Source of the DNA: Thermococcus sp. JdFR-02
GTDB taxonomy: Archaea; Methanobacteriota_B; Thermococci; Thermococcales; Thermococcaceae
NCBI GenBank assembly: GCA_002009975.1
Contig: MTLP01000042.1
Span: 160,001-224,000 of the forward strand
DNA: 64,000 bases
Direction of reading: 5' to 3'
A program made the position numbers and the translations under genes. Every line of letters begins with the position of its first letter. Positions within the stretch are counted from its first letter, which is position 1. The notes under the pieces are model-generated. The model was not told the origin of the DNA. It saw only the letters and a program-made list of their open reading frames with translations, and ran no database searches. Shown piece by piece: positions 37,732 to 50,342 of this stretch.

Positions 37732-38322
37732 ATGAGAAAAATTGCCTTTATAGACATCGAAGGAACATTAACACCTTTCGAGTGCTGGAAGGAGATAGCC
37801 ACGTTAGTTGGGAATGAGGAAATTGAAGAGCTTCTCAAAAAAGGAATAAAGGGTGAAGTTGACTGGCTTAAGAGCTTGTTAAGGAGGATTGAACTTATCA
37901 AAGGACTTGAAGAAAACGAGTTTCTTAAGCTTAGAGAAAAGCTCACAATAAGCGAAGAAGCTAAAAAAGTTATAAAAGCTCTCAAAGAGAAAGGCTTCTA
38001 CATTGTTCTGGTAAGTGGCTGTTTTGAGGAAGTTTTAAGGGAGTTTAAGCATTTTGGAGACCTGTTTATTACAAACAAAGCTATTTTTGAAAATGGAAAG
38101 TTCGTGGGCATCTCATTAAGATTTAGAGATAAAGGTGAGATTATAGAGAGAATAGCAAGGGATGGAGACTTTGTATTAGCTATAGGCGACGGAAATAACG
38201 ATGCTCCTATGTTTGAGAAAGCTAATCTAAGCATAGCAGTTGGTAGAAAAGTTCAAAGTGCTGATTACTATGCTAAAGACCTGAAAGAGCTTTTAGAAAT
38301 AATTAAAAAGCTGAGAGTTTAA
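37732..38322 (+). CDS. serB: Phosphoserine phosphatase-like HAD hydrolase
   Basis: FIDIEGTL, VSG, K, GDGNND motifs. Confidence 0.75.
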   Translation: MRKIAFIDIEGTLTPFECWKEIATLVGNEEIEELLKKGIKGEVDWLKSLLRRIELIKGLEENEFLKLREKLTISEEAKKVIKALKEKGFYIVLVSGCFEEVLREFKHFGDLFITNKAIFENGKFVGISLRFRDKGEIIERIARDGDFVLAIGDGNNDAPMFEKANLSIAVGRKVQSADYYAKDLKELLEIIKKLRV

Positions 38323-38377
38323 GTATCAAATGGCACAAAAAGTTATATATTATAAGATAGTATTCTTTTTAGGTGAG

Positions 38378-39052
38378 ATGATGGCGGAAGAAAAAATTAG
38401 TGTTGCAAAGGCCGTAAAAGACATCGTTCTCTCCCGTCCAGCAATTAAGGAGTGCTTAATTTTAGATGTTATAAACTACAGCGCTTTAGCAAGGGTTATC
38501 TTAAAAGAATTAGAGAAGAAAAACATCAAAACCTCAACTGGAGCAGTAAAGATGGCTTTGATAAGAATTGGAGAAGAGCTAAAGAAAGAGAGAGCGTTCT
38601 TTGAAAGGAGAATTAAGAGTGTAGTTGCAAAAACAGTTATTGAGCTTCAATCTGATTTAACTGTAATAACAGCTGAAAAAAGAGCTGTTTTAAACAAAAT
38701 TGGACAGCTCTCTAAGGTAATGGAAAATGCAAGATTTTTCCAGCTCACTCAAGGCGTTGAAACATTCACACTCGTTCTCTCAAGTGAGGAAAAGGAAGAG
38801 GTTGTTAAGATATTGGGAAACAACATAGTCGATTTGATTGAAGAACAAACAGCTATAATTTTGATAAGTCCAGAAGAAATAATCGAAACTCCCGGATTCG
38901 TCGCATTTATTGCCTCAGCCCTTTCATCAAGTGGAATAAACATAACACAGGTAATCTCGTGTCATAAAGACACAATATTTGTTCTTGACCGTAGAGATGC
39001 TCCAAAGGCTTATCAAATACTTGAAGAGCTTATCTTGAAGATGAGGAGATAA
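38378..39052 (+). CDS. ACT-domain putative regulator of amino-acid metabolism
   Basis: INYSALAR..TGAVKMALIR N-domain; TPGFVA...GINI.Q..SC..DTIF ACT-like C-domain. Confidence 0.8.
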   Translation: MMAEEKISVAKAVKDIVLSRPAIKECLILDVINYSALARVILKELEKKNIKTSTGAVKMALIRIGEELKKERAFFERRIKSVVAKTVIELQSDLTVITAEKRAVLNKIGQLSKVMENARFFQLTQGVETFTLVLSSEEKEEVVKILGNNIVDLIEEQTAIILISPEEIIETPGFVAFIASALSSSGINITQVISCHKDTIFVLDRRDAPKAYQILEELILKMRR

Positions 39053-39150
39053 TTTTTTTGTTACATTTGCAACATTTTTTATTAATTTTGACACATTAAT
39101 TACAAAAAATATAAAAGATGTTCTTTTTATTCCAGCTTAGGTGATTTTAC

Positions 39151-40383
39151 GTGAAGATAGTTTTAGCATATTCAGGTGGTTTGGACACATCCGTCATCTT
39201 AAAGATGATGCAGGAAAAGCTGAACGCTGAAGTAGTTACAGTTACTATAGATGTAGGGCAGAAGGACGATTTTGAAAAGATTGAAGAGAAAGCACTCAAA
39301 CTTGGTGCGGTGAAACACTACACAATAGATGCAAAGGAGGAATTTGTCGAGAAATACATATTCAAAGCAATAAAGGCAAATGCACTTTATGAAGGATCTT
39401 ATCCATTAGCTACAGCATTAGCTAGGCCTTTAATAGCTGAGAAACTTGTTGAGATAGCTAAAAAGGAGAATGCCGATGCAGTAGCTCATGGCTGCACTGG
39501 AAAAGGAAATGATCAAGTTAGGTTTGATTTAGCAGTTAAAGCTCTCTACCCAGAGATTAAGATAATTGCTCCAGTTAGGGAGCTTAACCTTACAAGGGAT
39601 TGGGAAATGGAATACGCAAAGAAAAAAGGAATACCAGTTAAGGATAAGATTTACAGCATTGATGAAAACCTTTGGGGACGCTCAATAGAAGGAGGAATCT
39701 TGGAAGATCCTTTTGAAGAACCTCCAGAGGAAATTTTTGAGTGGACTCTTTCTCCAGAAAAGACTCCAGAAAAGCCAGAATATGTTACGATAGACTTCGT
39801 AGATGGAATTCCCATAGCGTTAGATGGAAAGAAAATGAATCCCGTTGAGCTTATAGAAACTCTAAACTTCATAGCAGGGAAGCATGGGGTTGGTAGGATA
39901 GATCACATTGAAGATAGGACAGTTGGGATAAAGAGCAGAGAAGTTTATGAAGCTCCAGCGGCAATAACCTTAATAAAAGCACATAAAGACTTAGAAAAGC
40001 TAATTCTTACAAAATGGGTTCTCGAGTTTAAAGAAATCGTTGATTCAAAATGGGCATGGCTCACTTACAACGGTCTTTGGTTTGAGCCGCTTAGGGAAGC
40101 CTTAGATGCCTTCATAGATGAAGTTGAAGCAAATGTTAGTGGATCTGTTAAAGTAAAGCTCTACAAAGGAAATGTTACTGTAGTTGGAAGGTCGTCTGAG
40201 AATGCACTTTACGATACAAAGCTTGCAACCTATGAAAAGTTCAGCACTTTTGACCAAAAGCTAGCAGTTGGCTTTATTGAACTCTTTGGATTGCAGAGCG
40301 TTTTGGCTTATAGCACAAAAAACAAGCTAAAAGCTCTATATAATGCTCCAACACCCGTAAGGGCAAAGAAGGTCGTTAGTTAG
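39151..40383 (+). CDS. argG: Argininosuccinate synthase
   Basis: [42 protein letters not shown]. Confidence 0.98.
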   Translation: MKIVLAYSGGLDTSVILKMMQEKLNAEVVTVTIDVGQKDDFEKIEEKALKLGAVKHYTIDAKEEFVEKYIFKAIKANALYEGSYPLATALARPLIAEKLVEIAKKENADAVAHGCTGKGNDQVRFDLAVKALYPEIKIIAPVRELNLTRDWEMEYAKKKGIPVKDKIYSIDENLWGRSIEGGILEDPFEEPPEEIFEWTLSPEKTPEKPEYVTIDFVDGIPIALDGKKMNPVELIETLNFIAGKHGVGRIDHIEDRTVGIKSREVYEAPAAITLIKAHKDLEKLILTKWVLEFKEIVDSKWAWLTYNGLWFEPLREALDAFIDEVEANVSGSVKVKLYKGNVTVVGRSSENALYDTKLATYEKFSTFDQKLAVGFIELFGLQSVLAYSTKNKLKALYNAPTPVRAKKVVS

Positions 40384-40391
40384 GTGATGCT

Positions 40392-41753
40392 ATGTATAGG
40401 AAAAACCTGTTGGGTGATGCTGACCTTAATATCTTAACTTACACTTCCTCGATGGAAGAGGATAAAGAAATAGTTAGTGAGGTTATCGAAAGCTTAATTG
40501 CTCATGTGAAGGTTTTGACCACTCAAGGACTGATTCCAGCAGAAAAAGGACATAAAATACTAGAAGAGCTTAGAAAACTCCTTCAAAACCCATCACCATT
40601 ATTTTTCATTAATGCCGAAGATGTGCATGAAGCGATTGAGATTTATTTGAAGGAAAAGCTTGGAAAAGATGAAGGATATTTAGCCTTAGGAAAAAGCAGG
40701 AATGACCATGTTTCAGCGGCTTTGAGGCTAAAAGCAAAGAAGCTTCTAATTGAACAACTAAAAGAGTTGATAAACCTAAGGGAAATCCTTTTGGAAAAAG
40801 CAGAAGAGCATATATGCACAATAATGCCAGCTTTTACCCATTTACAGCCAGCACAACCTTCGACTTTTGCCCACTATCTTTGCTATATAGAAGAGGTCTT
40901 AGCTGATTATACAAAATCCTTGTTCTTTGCCCTCGAGATAGTTGATAACTCTCCTTTAGGAGGAGGCGCAGTTGGTGGAACGAGCGTTCCCTTAGATAGG
41001 GAAGCGCTGGCTAATGAGCTTTTTAGCAGAATAGTGCTCAATTCAATAAAGGCAACAAGTAGCAGGGATTTTCTGAGTATAGCATCATCAATGGACGTTA
41101 ATTTATCTGTATTTTTATCACGGATAGCTGAGGATATTGTCATTTTCTCAACACCTCAGTTTGACTATTTGGTTTTACCTAAAGAGCACTTGGCAACGAG
41201 TAGCATGATGCCCCAAAAGAAGAACCCAGTAACTATGGAGATAGCGAGAGCTTGGGGCTCTGAAAGCGTTGGGCATCTAACGGCTTTGTTAGGAATCCTG
41301 AAAGCTCTTCCAACTGGCTACAATTTAGATATGCAAGAAGCAAACAAGCATGCATTAGTAATCCTAAAGAAAACTCTAGAAACGCTAAAAATCTTTTCAG
41401 ACTTCTTCAAAAAGATTGAAGTCAATAAGAAAAAGTTATTGATGGATGCAAAGATTTTTCCAATTTTAGCAACTGATATAGCTGAAAAGGTCTCTCTAAA
41501 GAGCGGAAAGCCCTATAGAGAAGTTTATGGGGAGATTGCAAAGCTAATAAAAGATTCTAAGAGTGTCGAAGAACTCTATACCAAAGTTGAAGAATTTTAT
41601 GGAATCAAAGCAAACTTAGAAGAAGGAATTAAAAAGCCTGTTTTAGGTTCTCCAAATCCAGATAAGATTAAGGAATACATTAAGCTGGCAAAAAAGAGCC
41701 TCAAAGAAGATTCTTCTAAGCTAAATGGGGTGATCCCATGCAACCTTCTTTAA
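40392..41753 (+). CDS. argH: Argininosuccinate lyase
   Basis: EDVH, KSRND, FTHLQPAQP, SSMMPQKKNP. Confidence 0.96.
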   Translation: MYRKNLLGDADLNILTYTSSMEEDKEIVSEVIESLIAHVKVLTTQGLIPAEKGHKILEELRKLLQNPSPLFFINAEDVHEAIEIYLKEKLGKDEGYLALGKSRNDHVSAALRLKAKKLLIEQLKELINLREILLEKAEEHICTIMPAFTHLQPAQPSTFAHYLCYIEEVLADYTKSLFFALEIVDNSPLGGGAVGGTSVPLDREALANELFSRIVLNSIKATSSRDFLSIASSMDVNLSVFLSRIAEDIVIFSTPQFDYLVLPKEHLATSSMMPQKKNPVTMEIARAWGSESVGHLTALLGILKALPTGYNLDMQEANKHALVILKKTLETLKIFSDFFKKIEVNKKKLLMDAKIFPILATDIAEKVSLKSGKPYREVYGEIAKLIKDSKSVEELYTKVEEFYGIKANLEEGIKKPVLGSPNPDKIKEYIKLAKKSLKEDSSKLNGVIPCNLL

Positions 41754-42916
41754 TCGCAAAATTTAAAAATCCTGAGCGCTCCAATTGGCAAGGGCACTTG
41801 TCAAGTGAAGCATACTTAGTCTTGGAAGATGGGACTGTTTTTAAGGGCAAAGGCTTTGGAAGTGAAGGAATAAAATATGGAGAGGTTGTTTTCACAACTG
41901 GGATGGTAGGTTATCCAGAGTCGTTAACTGATCCTTCTTACAAGGGACAGATTTTAACCATGACGTATCCACTAATCGGAAACTACGGCGTTCCAAGCAA
42001 AGAAATAAAAGAAAACGGTGTTCCTATTCACTATGAATCAGATAAAATACAAGTCGAAGGATTCGTAATTTCAAAGCTCATGAAAAGCAATCATTGGGCA
42101 AGTAAAAAGAGTTTAGATGAATGGTTCAAAGAAGAGGGTATTTCTGGAATAGAAGGAATTGACACAAGGGCTTTAGTGAAAAAAATAAGGGAAAAAGGAG
42201 TCATGATGGGAGCTTTGGTTGTAGGAGATTATGAGCTCGATGAAATTATGGAGAAAGTGAAAAAGCTAAGCTACGATGAGATGAATTTCATAGATAAAGT
42301 TACTCCAAAGGAGATAATTGTTCATGAACCTGAAAACTCCAATAAGAGTATTGTTGTAGTTGATTGCGGTATCAAATATGGAATTCTAAGGGAACTCTTG
42401 AAAAGGGGATTTAAGGTAATAAGAATTCCATACCATTATGATCCAATTGATGTCTTAGAAGAGTTCAATGCAGATGGGATTTTATTTAGCAACGGTCCTG
42501 GAAATCCTGCATTGCTTAAAGAGCTGATAAAAAAAGCTCAAGAAGTTATTGAGTACAACATTCCAACGATGGGCATTTGCTTAGGAAGTCAAATACTCTC
42601 TTTAGCAGATGGGGGAGAAATTTACAAGCTTAAGTATGGACATAGGGGAATTAACAAACCAGTTAAAGACTTAAAAAGTGGAAAAGCCTTTGTGACAACT
42701 CAGAATCACGGATATGCTGTGAAAGCTCAAAGTTTAAACGAGTTTAAAGTTTGGATGATCAATATAGATGACAAAAGCGTTGAGGGAATTTACCATCCAA
42801 ACAAACCAATAATTGCTACTCAATTTCACCCTGAAGCGTCTCCTGGTCCCTTAGACTCAACATGGATTTTTGATGTTTTTTCAAAAATGGTTAAAGGTGA
42901 GGCTCATGGTTTCTAA
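41738..42916 (+). CDS. carA: Carbamoyl-phosphate synthase small subunit
   Basis: [35 protein letters not shown]. Confidence 0.97.
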   Translation: MQPSLIAKFKNPERSNWQGHLSSEAYLVLEDGTVFKGKGFGSEGIKYGEVVFTTGMVGYPESLTDPSYKGQILTMTYPLIGNYGVPSKEIKENGVPIHYESDKIQVEGFVISKLMKSNHWASKKSLDEWFKEEGISGIEGIDTRALVKKIREKGVMMGALVVGDYELDEIMEKVKKLSYDEMNFIDKVTPKEIIVHEPENSNKSIVVVDCGIKYGILRELLKRGFKVIRIPYHYDPIDVLEEFNADGILFSNGPGNPALLKELIKKAQEVIEYNIPTMGICLGSQILSLADGGEIYKLKYGHRGINKPVKDLKSGKAFVTTQNHGYAVKAQSLNEFKVWMINIDDKSVEGIYHPNKPIIATQFHPEASPGPLDSTWIFDVFSKMVKGEAHGF

Positions 42917-45900
42917 GGTCCTTGTTCTGGGCTCTGGAGCAATAAAAATTGGTGAAGCTGCTGAATTTGATTACAGTGGAAGTCAAGCTTTAAAGGCTTT
43001 AAAAGAAGAAGGCATAGAAACGATTTTAATTAATCCAAATGTCGCAACGATTCAAACGAGCCATGAGATGGCAGACAAAGTTTACCTCCTCCCTCTTGAT
43101 ATCAAATTTGTGGAGGAAGTTATAAAGAAAGAGAAACCTGATGGAATTTTGTTAGGCTTTGGAGGTCAAAGTGCTCTATCTTTGGGTGTAGCTTTACATG
43201 ACTCTGGAATTTTAGAAAAGTACAATATTAAAGTTCTTGGAACGCCTATAGAGGGAATAAAAAAAGCTCTGGATAGGGAGAAGTTTAGGGAAACAATGAT
43301 CAAAAATAATCTCCCAATACCTCCAAGTAAAGCCGCTAAAAGCGTTGAAGAAGCTCTAAAAGTGGCTCAGGAGATAAGGTTCCCAGTCATGGTTAGGGTT
43401 AGCTTTAACTTAGGTGGAAGGGGATCCTTTGTTGCTTGGAATGAAGAGGAGTTTAAGGGATATATAGTCAGGGCTTTTGCACAAAGTGAGATTGGTGAGG
43501 TTTTGGTAGAGAAGTACCTAAAAGGATGGAAAGAGATAGAGTTTGAGGTTGTTAGGGATAAAGATGGAAATGCTGTTGCTGTAGCGTGCTTAGAGAACTT
43601 TGATCCAATGGGAGTTCATACAGGAGATTCCATAGTTGTTGCTCCTTCTCAAACTTTAACAAATAGGGAATATCAACTCTTGAGGAGTGCAGCCATAGAA
43701 GTAGCAGAAGCTATAGATCTTATTGGAGAATGTAATGTTCAATTAGCCTTAGATCCCAAATCAGAGGAGTTCTACATAATTGAGACAAATCCAAGGATGA
43801 GCCGCTCATCTGCTTTAGCAAGCAAAGTTACAGGCTATCCCCTAGCATACATAGCGGCAAAGTTAGCATTAGGCTATACCCTGGATGAGCTCTTAAATGG
43901 GGTAACTGGAGTTACAACCGCTTTATTTGAGCCGAGCTTGGATTACGTTGTTGTTAAAATGCCAAGGTGGGATTTAGAAAAGTTTGAGAACGCGAAGAGG
44001 AAAATAAACACCGAGATGAAGAGCATTGGAGAGGTCATGGCAATAGGAAGGAACCTTCATGAGGCTTTTCAAAAAGCTATTAGGATGGTAGGAATTGGAG
44101 ATGAGCTTATAGGAAAGTACTATGAGAGCGAAGAGTCGTTGGAAAAAGTTATGGAGAGAATCAAAAATTACGAACCTTACATGCCTATGCATATTGCAAA
44201 AGCCCTGAAATTGGGAGCAAGTGTTGATGAGATTCACGAAATTACTGGGATAGACAAGTTTTACCTCTACATAATTGAAGATCTCGTTAAAATTGCAGAA
44301 GCCCTGAGAAATCCAGATGAAGAAACAATAAGAGAAGCCAAAAAGCTTGGATTTAGTGAGGAGCAGATAAAGGGTCTATCTAAAGATAGCATTAAAGAAT
44401 CAATCCCATTTGTCAAGCAAATAGATACATTGGCTGGGGAAGTTCCAGCAAGGACGAATTATCTATACATGACCTATGATGCACAAGAAAACGATATCCC
44501 CTATATAGAAAAGCCAAAGGTTCTGATTTTAGGAGCAGGTGTCTTTAGGATTGGGGTTAGTGTAGAGTTTGACTGGGCTGTCGTGAACTTTGCAAATGCT
44601 GCAAAAAAGAGGGGTTATGAAGTTATAGTTTTGAACTACAACCCTGAAACAGTCTCAACGGATTGGGATATTAACGATAAGCTTTATTTTGAGGAGATAA
44701 CTCTTGAGAGGGTTTTAGATGTTTACAATTTTGAAAATCCAGATGGTGTTATAGCCTTTGCGGGAGGACAGCTTGCAAATTCCTTAGCTAAAAAACTTGA
44801 GCAAAAGGGAGTTAAGCTTTTGGGAACGAGGGGAACGAGTGTAGATATAGCTGAAAACAGGGCTAAGTTCTCAAAGCTCTTAGAAAAGCTCAACATAAAG
44901 CAACCACCCTGGATCGAAGCTAAGAGCATTGGAGAAGTCTTAGCTTTTGCTGACGAAGTGGGTTATCCTTTAATGATAAGACCGAGCTATGTTTTGAGCG
45001 GAACTGCTATGAAAGTTGCATACAATGAGAAGGAATTAAAAGAGTATCTCTCCTTAGCAACAAAAGTCTCCCAAGAACACCCTGTTGTGGTTTCAAAGTT
45101 CTTAGATGCAATGGAAGCAGAGATAGATGCTGTCTCAGATGGAAAGAGGGTAGTTGGAGTTACATTGGAGCACATAGAAAAAGCGGGAGTTCATAGTGGA
45201 GATGCTACAATGGTTACTCCCTACCGCTATCTAAAAGAAAAGCATGTAAAAAAGATGCACAAAATAGCTTTAGAGCTTGCGTTGGCTTTAGGAATTAGGG
45301 GACCCTTTAACATACAATTCTTGGTTAATGATGATGTCTACGTTCTTGAGCTAAACTTGAGGACTAGTCGTTCTATGCCCTTCTCAAGCAAATCAAGGGG
45401 AGTTAACTTAATGGAGCTTTCAGCTCAAGCAGTCTTTGATGGAAAACTTTCCTTAGGAAGTGATTATAAATATTATGAGATTCCAGCAAAGGCTTTCGCT
45501 GTTAAGAGTCCTCAATTCTCTTGGTCTCAGCTTCAAAATGCTTATCCTTTCTTAGGACCAGAAATGCGCTCTACTGGGGAAGTTGCAAGCTTAGGATTTG
45601 AATTTGAGGATGCCCTATTAAAGAGCTGGCTCTCTGTAAAACCAAACAAAATGCCAAGGTCAAACATCTTAGTCTATGGCTATGACAAAGACGTACCAAC
45701 ATTATTGGAAACTGTAAAATTCCTTGAAAGCTTGGGATACAATGTCTTCACCTTAGAAGACAGCTTAAGCTATGGAAATGCTTTGAGCAAAGAAAAAGCT
45801 GTAGAACTGATGAAACTGGGCAAGATTGATCTAGTTATAACCTCTGGCTATGCAAAGGAGAAGGATTACTTTATTAGGAGGACAGCAGTTGATTTAAACG

Positions 45901-46052
45901 TTCCGATAGTCCTAGATGCAAATCTAGGTTACGAGCTTTCAAAAGCCTTTGCTTGGGCAAAAAAGAACTGTTTTGAGGTTAAAGAACTTTCTGAGTATTA
46001 CGGTCCAAAATTGCAAAGAGTCGTTAGCGAACCTTTAGAAGAGCTTGTTTGA
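42906..46052 (+). CDS. carB: Carbamoyl-phosphate synthase large subunit
   Basis: [41 protein letters not shown]-like tail. Confidence 0.98.
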   Translation: MVSKVLVLGSGAIKIGEAAEFDYSGSQALKALKEEGIETILINPNVATIQTSHEMADKVYLLPLDIKFVEEVIKKEKPDGILLGFGGQSALSLGVALHDSGILEKYNIKVLGTPIEGIKKALDREKFRETMIKNNLPIPPSKAAKSVEEALKVAQEIRFPVMVRVSFNLGGRGSFVAWNEEEFKGYIVRAFAQSEIGEVLVEKYLKGWKEIEFEVVRDKDGNAVAVACLENFDPMGVHTGDSIVVAPSQTLTNREYQLLRSAAIEVAEAIDLIGECNVQLALDPKSEEFYIIETNPRMSRSSALASKVTGYPLAYIAAKLALGYTLDELLNGVTGVTTALFEPSLDYVVVKMPRWDLEKFENAKRKINTEMKSIGEVMAIGRNLHEAFQKAIRMVGIGDELIGKYYESEESLEKVMERIKNYEPYMPMHIAKALKLGASVDEIHEITGIDKFYLYIIEDLVKIAEALRNPDEETIREAKKLGFSEEQIKGLSKDSIKESIPFVKQIDTLAGEVPARTNYLYMTYDAQENDIPYIEKPKVLILGAGVFRIGVSVEFDWAVVNFANAAKKRGYEVIVLNYNPETVSTDWDINDKLYFEEITLERVLDVYNFENPDGVIAFAGGQLANSLAKKLEQKGVKLLGTRGTSVDIAENRAKFSKLLEKLNIKQPPWIEAKSIGEVLAFADEVGYPLMIRPSYVLSGTAMKVAYNEKELKEYLSLATKVSQEHPVVVSKFLDAMEAEIDAVSDGKRVVGVTLEHIEKAGVHSGDATMVTPYRYLKEKHVKKMHKIALELALALGIRGPFNIQFLVNDDVYVLELNLRTSRSMPFSSKSRGVNLMELSAQAVFDGKLSLGSDYKYYEIPAKAFAVKSPQFSWSQLQNAYPFLGPEMRSTGEVASLGFEFEDALLKSWLSVKPNKMPRSNILVYGYDKDVPTLLETVKFLESLGYNVFTLEDSLSYGNALSKEKAVELMKLGKIDLVITSGYAKEKDYFIRRTAVDLNVPIVLDANLGYELSKAFAWAKKNCFEVKELSEYYGPKLQRVVSEPLEELV

Positions 46053-46248
46053 ATGACTCTTTGCATTTATCAAATTTTTCTTGCATCGTGAAAGCCCAGA
46101 TTAGAATGTACAAAAATTTTTTCGAAATAATTGCATGAAAACCGAAATATTATTTGCATTTAATAAAATTCAAGAAAAGCTTTTCGAAAAATAGCCAAAT
46201 TTTCCGAAAGATTTATATACTATTCCATAAATCTTAGATTGTCAAATC

Positions 46249-47361
46249 ATGGGGGTGGTATTATTAAGAGCCATACAACTTCTAGATTCAACATTGAGAG
46301 AAGGAGAACAATCACCAGGGGTTAACTTTAGTCCAGAGCAGAGATTAGGGATAGCGGTAGCTTTGGATGATTTTGGCGTTGATTTTATAGAAGTAGGACA
46401 CCCAGCAGTAAGTGAAGATGTCTTAGAAGGAATAAGACTGATTTCAGAGCAAGGTTTAAGGGCAAACCTCTTAGCACACTCAAGAGCATTAAGAAGGGAC
46501 ATCGATTTAATTTTGGATTTAAATGTGGATTGGGTTGGCATCTTCTTCTGCTTCTCAAATGCATGTCTCCAAAGGAGGTTTAGCATAACCCTTGAAAGAG
46601 CTTTGGAAAGAGTTGAAAATGCCATACTATACGCCAAGGATCATGGATTGAAAGTGCGCTTTACTCCTGAAGACACCACAAGAACAGAATGGGAAAACCT
46701 TGAAAGAGCTTTAAACCTTGCAAGAGAGCTTAAAGTCGATAGAGTAAGCATAGCAGACACAACTGGATCAGCCCATCCATTATATTTCTACGAGCTAACT
46801 AAAAGAGTTGTAAGCTTTGGCATTCCAACCAATGTGCACTGTCACAATGATTTGGGCTTGGCTTTAGCAAACGCAATAATGGGAATTGAAGCTGGAGCAA
46901 CATTAGTGGATGCAACTATAAATGGCATAGGAGAAAGAGTTGGAATAGTTGATCTAGCCCAAATTTCAACTCTCTTAACTTATCATTATGGGATTAGAAA
47001 ATATAAATTAGAGAACCTCTATGGACTGAGCAAACTGATAGAACAGATAACGGGAATAAAAACCCAAAGACACTACCCAATAGTTGGAGAAAATGCATTT
47101 GTTCACAAAGCTGGCTTACACGTTTCAGCCGTGATAAAAGATCCAAGCTTTTACGAATTTTTACCAGCAGAAGTTTTTGGACGAGAGAGGACAATCTATT
47201 TAGACAAATATGCAGGAAGGGATTCAATACGCTTTTACTTAGAAAGAATGGGAATTAGGGATGACAGAATCGCTGAGAGATTACTTAGCATTGTAAAAAG
47301 CTCTCAAGAAGTTTTTACACCAGAGAGGCTTCTTGAAGAGGCAAGGAGGTTCTTAAGATGA
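46249..47361 (+). CDS. Homocitrate synthase
   Basis: [27 protein letters not shown]; heads the AAA lysine cluster. Confidence 0.9.
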   Translation: MGVVLLRAIQLLDSTLREGEQSPGVNFSPEQRLGIAVALDDFGVDFIEVGHPAVSEDVLEGIRLISEQGLRANLLAHSRALRRDIDLILDLNVDWVGIFFCFSNACLQRRFSITLERALERVENAILYAKDHGLKVRFTPEDTTRTEWENLERALNLARELKVDRVSIADTTGSAHPLYFYELTKRVVSFGIPTNVHCHNDLGLALANAIMGIEAGATLVDATINGIGERVGIVDLAQISTLLTYHYGIRKYKLENLYGLSKLIEQITGIKTQRHYPIVGENAFVHKAGLHVSAVIKDPSFYEFLPAEVFGRERTIYLDKYAGRDSIRFYLERMGIRDDRIAERLLSIVKSSQEVFTPERLLEEARRFLR

Positions 47362-48512
47362 CGATTATTGAAGAAATTCTAAAGGCAAAAACAGGAGAGG
47401 CAGTAATCAGAAATGTTGATTTAATTTATGCCCACGATGGAACAATGCCCCTAATCATAGAAGCATTTAGAAGGGTTTTTACACGAGTGAAGGATCCAGA
47501 GAGGGTTTTTATATTCTTTGATCATGTTTATCCAGCACCAACAGTTAAAGTGGCAAATCTCCAAAGAGAGATTAGAGAATTTGCAAGAGAGCAGGGAATT
47601 AAAATCTTTGAGGGTTATGGAATATCACACCAAGTTGTTCCAGAAGAAGGACTTTTGGATGGAGCAAAAATAATAGTTGGAGCTGATTCTCATACACCAA
47701 CCTTAGGAGCATTTGGGGTCTTTGCTGTAGGAATGGGTGCAACCGATACCGCTATAGCGTTAGGCTTAGGTAAAACTTGGCTTAAAGTCCCAGAAAGCGT
47801 TAGAGTGAATCTTGAAGGAAAGCTAAGCAAAAATGTAATGGCAATGGATTTAATGCTCCACTTAATTAACTTACTGAAAGACTTTGACATGAATTATAAA
47901 GCCTTAGAGTTCTTTGGAAACCTTGATTTCCCAATTGATGAAAAAATGACGATAGCAAATTTCAGCGTTGAGACAAATGCAAAAACTGCTCTTTTAGACA
48001 ATGGAATCTTTGAAGGCGATGGAAATTATCTGAGAGAAATCACAATAGAGCTTGGTGAAGTTGAGCCCCTTGTTGCTTTACCTCATCATCCAAGCAACGT
48101 TGAAAGAGCTGAAGGAGTTACTCAAAAAATTGACCAAGTCTTCATAGGTTCATGCACAAATGGGAGAATTGAACACTTTAGACGAGTGGCGGAGATTCTT
48201 GAAGGCGAAAAAGTTAGCGTTAGAACGTTTATTGGACCTGCATCAAGGAGAATTTACTTCAAAATGATTGAGGAAGGCATAGTTCAAATACTAAGTGAAG
48301 CTGGTGCAGTTATTTTGCCTCCAGGATGTGGACCTTGCTTAGGCAGACATATGGGAGTAGCTGGGGATGGAGAAGTAATTCTAAGCACCACCAATAGAAA
48401 CTTCAAAGGAAGAATGGGTTCTCCAAACGCTGAAATTTACCTTGCCAGCCCTGTTACTGCAGCGGTGAGTGCAATTTATGGAGAGATAACAAATCCGGAG
48501 GATGTGCTATGA
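47358..48512 (+). CDS. Homoaconitase large subunit (LeuC family)
   Basis: [30 protein letters not shown]. Confidence 0.92.
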   Translation: MTIIEEILKAKTGEAVIRNVDLIYAHDGTMPLIIEAFRRVFTRVKDPERVFIFFDHVYPAPTVKVANLQREIREFAREQGIKIFEGYGISHQVVPEEGLLDGAKIIVGADSHTPTLGAFGVFAVGMGATDTAIALGLGKTWLKVPESVRVNLEGKLSKNVMAMDLMLHLINLLKDFDMNYKALEFFGNLDFPIDEKMTIANFSVETNAKTALLDNGIFEGDGNYLREITIELGEVEPLVALPHHPSNVERAEGVTQKIDQVFIGSCTNGRIEHFRRVAEILEGEKVSVRTFIGPASRRIYFKMIEEGIVQILSEAGAVILPPGCGPCLGRHMGVAGDGEVILSTTNRNFKGRMGSPNAEIYLASPVTAAVSAIYGEITNPEDVL

Positions 48513-48988
48513 GGGTGTGGAAATTTGGGGATAGCATTTCAACTGATGCAATAACCCCTGGGAGATATAATTTAACAAAAGATCCGCAAGAGCTTGCAAA
48601 AATAGCATTCATAGAGGTTAGACCAGAGTTCTCAAGGGAAGTAAAGAGGAGAGACGTTATTGTAGGTGGAAAAAACTTTGGGATAGGCTCTTCAAGGGAA
48701 TCAGCTGCTTTAGCATTAAAAGCCGCTGGGATTAGTGGAATAATAGCGAAATCCTTTGGGAGAATATTCTACCGCAACTGTATCAACTTGGGTATTCCCC
48801 TCCTAACTGGCGACACGGATTGGCTGAATGATGGTGATGAGATAGAAGTAGACTGGCAAAGTGGAATAGTTAGAAGAGGAAAAGAGATAAGACAATTCGA
48901 GCCTTTGGAAGAATTTCTCTTTGAGATAGTCAAAAATGGCGGAATAATAGAGTATCTACAGAGGAGGGGCGATTTATGTATAGAGTAG
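48509..48988 (+). CDS. Homoaconitase small subunit (LeuD family)
   Basis: [26 protein letters not shown]. Confidence 0.92.
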   Translation: MRVWKFGDSISTDAITPGRYNLTKDPQELAKIAFIEVRPEFSREVKRRDVIVGGKNFGIGSSRESAALALKAAGISGIIAKSFGRIFYRNCINLGIPLLTGDTDWLNDGDEIEVDWQSGIVRRGKEIRQFEPLEEFLFEIVKNGGIIEYLQRRGDLCIE

Positions 48989-50025
48989 CAGTGATTAAGG
49001 GAGATGGCATTGGAGTTGAAGTTACAAATGCTGCAATGGAAGTCATGAGAGCTGTAACGGACAAAATAGATTTCGTTGAGTTTGAGGGAGGAATTGAGAT
49101 ATTCAAGAAGTTTGGTGTTCCAATAAAAGAGGAGGATTTGGAAGAGATAAAGAAGATGGATGCAGTTTTATTTGGAGCAACGTCAACACCTTTTAATGTT
49201 CCAAACTACAAAAGCTTGATCCTAACTTTGAGAAAAGAGCTTAACCTTTACGCTAATTTAAGAATTATTCCAGACCTTTGGAGAGATAGGGAAATCTACA
49301 TAGTAAGGGAAAATAGTGAAGGGCTATACTCTGGGGAGTATGAGGTTGATAATAGCAGAGTTGTTGATTTCAGGGTAATAACGAGGGAAGGAGCAGAGAA
49401 AATAGCAAGATTTGCAATAGAATTAGCAAAAGACAGGAACTTTAAAGAAATTACTTTTGTTCACAAAGCAAACGTTTTGAGAGGTGATAGATTTTTCAGA
49501 AAAATCGTTTTGAGCTTGGCAGAAAGAGAGGGGATTAAAGTTAATGAGAAAATTGTTGATTCCTTTACTATAGAACTTGTCAGAAATCCTTGGCAGCACA
49601 AAATAATACTAAGCGAGAATCTTTTTGGTGATATCCTCTCAGATTTAGCTTCAATACATGCAAAGAGCATTGGGGTTATTCCATCAGGGAACTACGGAGA
49701 GGAAATAGCTTTATTTGAGCCTATACACGGGAGTGCGCCAGACATAGCTGGGAAAGGAATAGCAAATCCAATTGGAGCTATTTTGAGCGGTGCTATGCTC
49801 TTAGATTATTTGGGTTTAGATGGTTGGGTAATTTGGAATGCTGTCAAAAATTATGTGAAAAAAGGCAATTTAACACCTGATTTGGGGGGAAATGCAATGA
49901 CTGTGGATGTTGTAAATGGAATAATCTCAGAAATTGATGATCAAGAGATTGATCCCATAGAATGGGATGAGCTCTGGGTTGATGAGATAAGAATCAACAC
50001 CCTTCCAACTTTATTCATGAAATAA
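48976..50025 (+). CDS. Homoisocitrate/isopropylmalate family dehydrogenase
   Basis: [42 protein letters not shown]. Confidence 0.92.
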   Translation: MYRVAVIKGDGIGVEVTNAAMEVMRAVTDKIDFVEFEGGIEIFKKFGVPIKEEDLEEIKKMDAVLFGATSTPFNVPNYKSLILTLRKELNLYANLRIIPDLWRDREIYIVRENSEGLYSGEYEVDNSRVVDFRVITREGAEKIARFAIELAKDRNFKEITFVHKANVLRGDRFFRKIVLSLAEREGIKVNEKIVDSFTIELVRNPWQHKIILSENLFGDILSDLASIHAKSIGVIPSGNYGEEIALFEPIHGSAPDIAGKGIANPIGAILSGAMLLDYLGLDGWVIWNAVKNYVKKGNLTPDLGGNAMTVDVVNGIISEIDDQEIDPIEWDELWVDEIRINTLPTLFMK

Positions 50026-50133
50026 TGTTATATTTGGCACAAAATTTAGAAATTTAAAATTAAATGTTACAAAAAAGATTTAAATCTTCCAAATGTCATG
50101 CGGATTGGAAACATAAAGAATGGAGGTGGAAAG

Positions 50134-50295
50134 ATGGTTGAATGCCCAGTTTGTGGAGTTGAAATAGAAATCGATAGTGTAGAGATACATGAGATAATTG
50201 AGTGCCCTGTCTGCAGTTCAGAGCTCGAAGTGGTTAGCTTAAACCCAATAGTCCTTGAAGAGCTCCCTGAGGTGGAAGAAGACTGGGGAGAGTGA
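50134..50295 (+). CDS. lysW: Amino-group carrier protein LysW
   Basis: CPVC...CPVC, C-terminal EDWGE; GGAGGTG RBS. Confidence 0.97.
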   Translation: MVECPVCGVEIEIDSVEIHEIIECPVCSSELEVVSLNPIVLEELPEVEEDWGE

Positions 50296-50296
50296 C

Positions 50297-50325
50297 GTTC
50301 TCAATATATTGAGAACTTTATTTTT
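50297..50325 (+). terminator. Perfect 20-bp palindrome plus T-rich run after lysW
   Basis: GTTCTCAATATATTGAGAAC followed by TTTATTTTT. Confidence 0.6.
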
Positions 50326-50342
50326 ACCTTGGAGGTCAAACA

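Noticed and set aside
46115-46212. Repeated TTTCGAAA-like words before homocitrate synthase
   Set aside because: Short, irregularly spaced and partly explained by the BRE; insufficient support.
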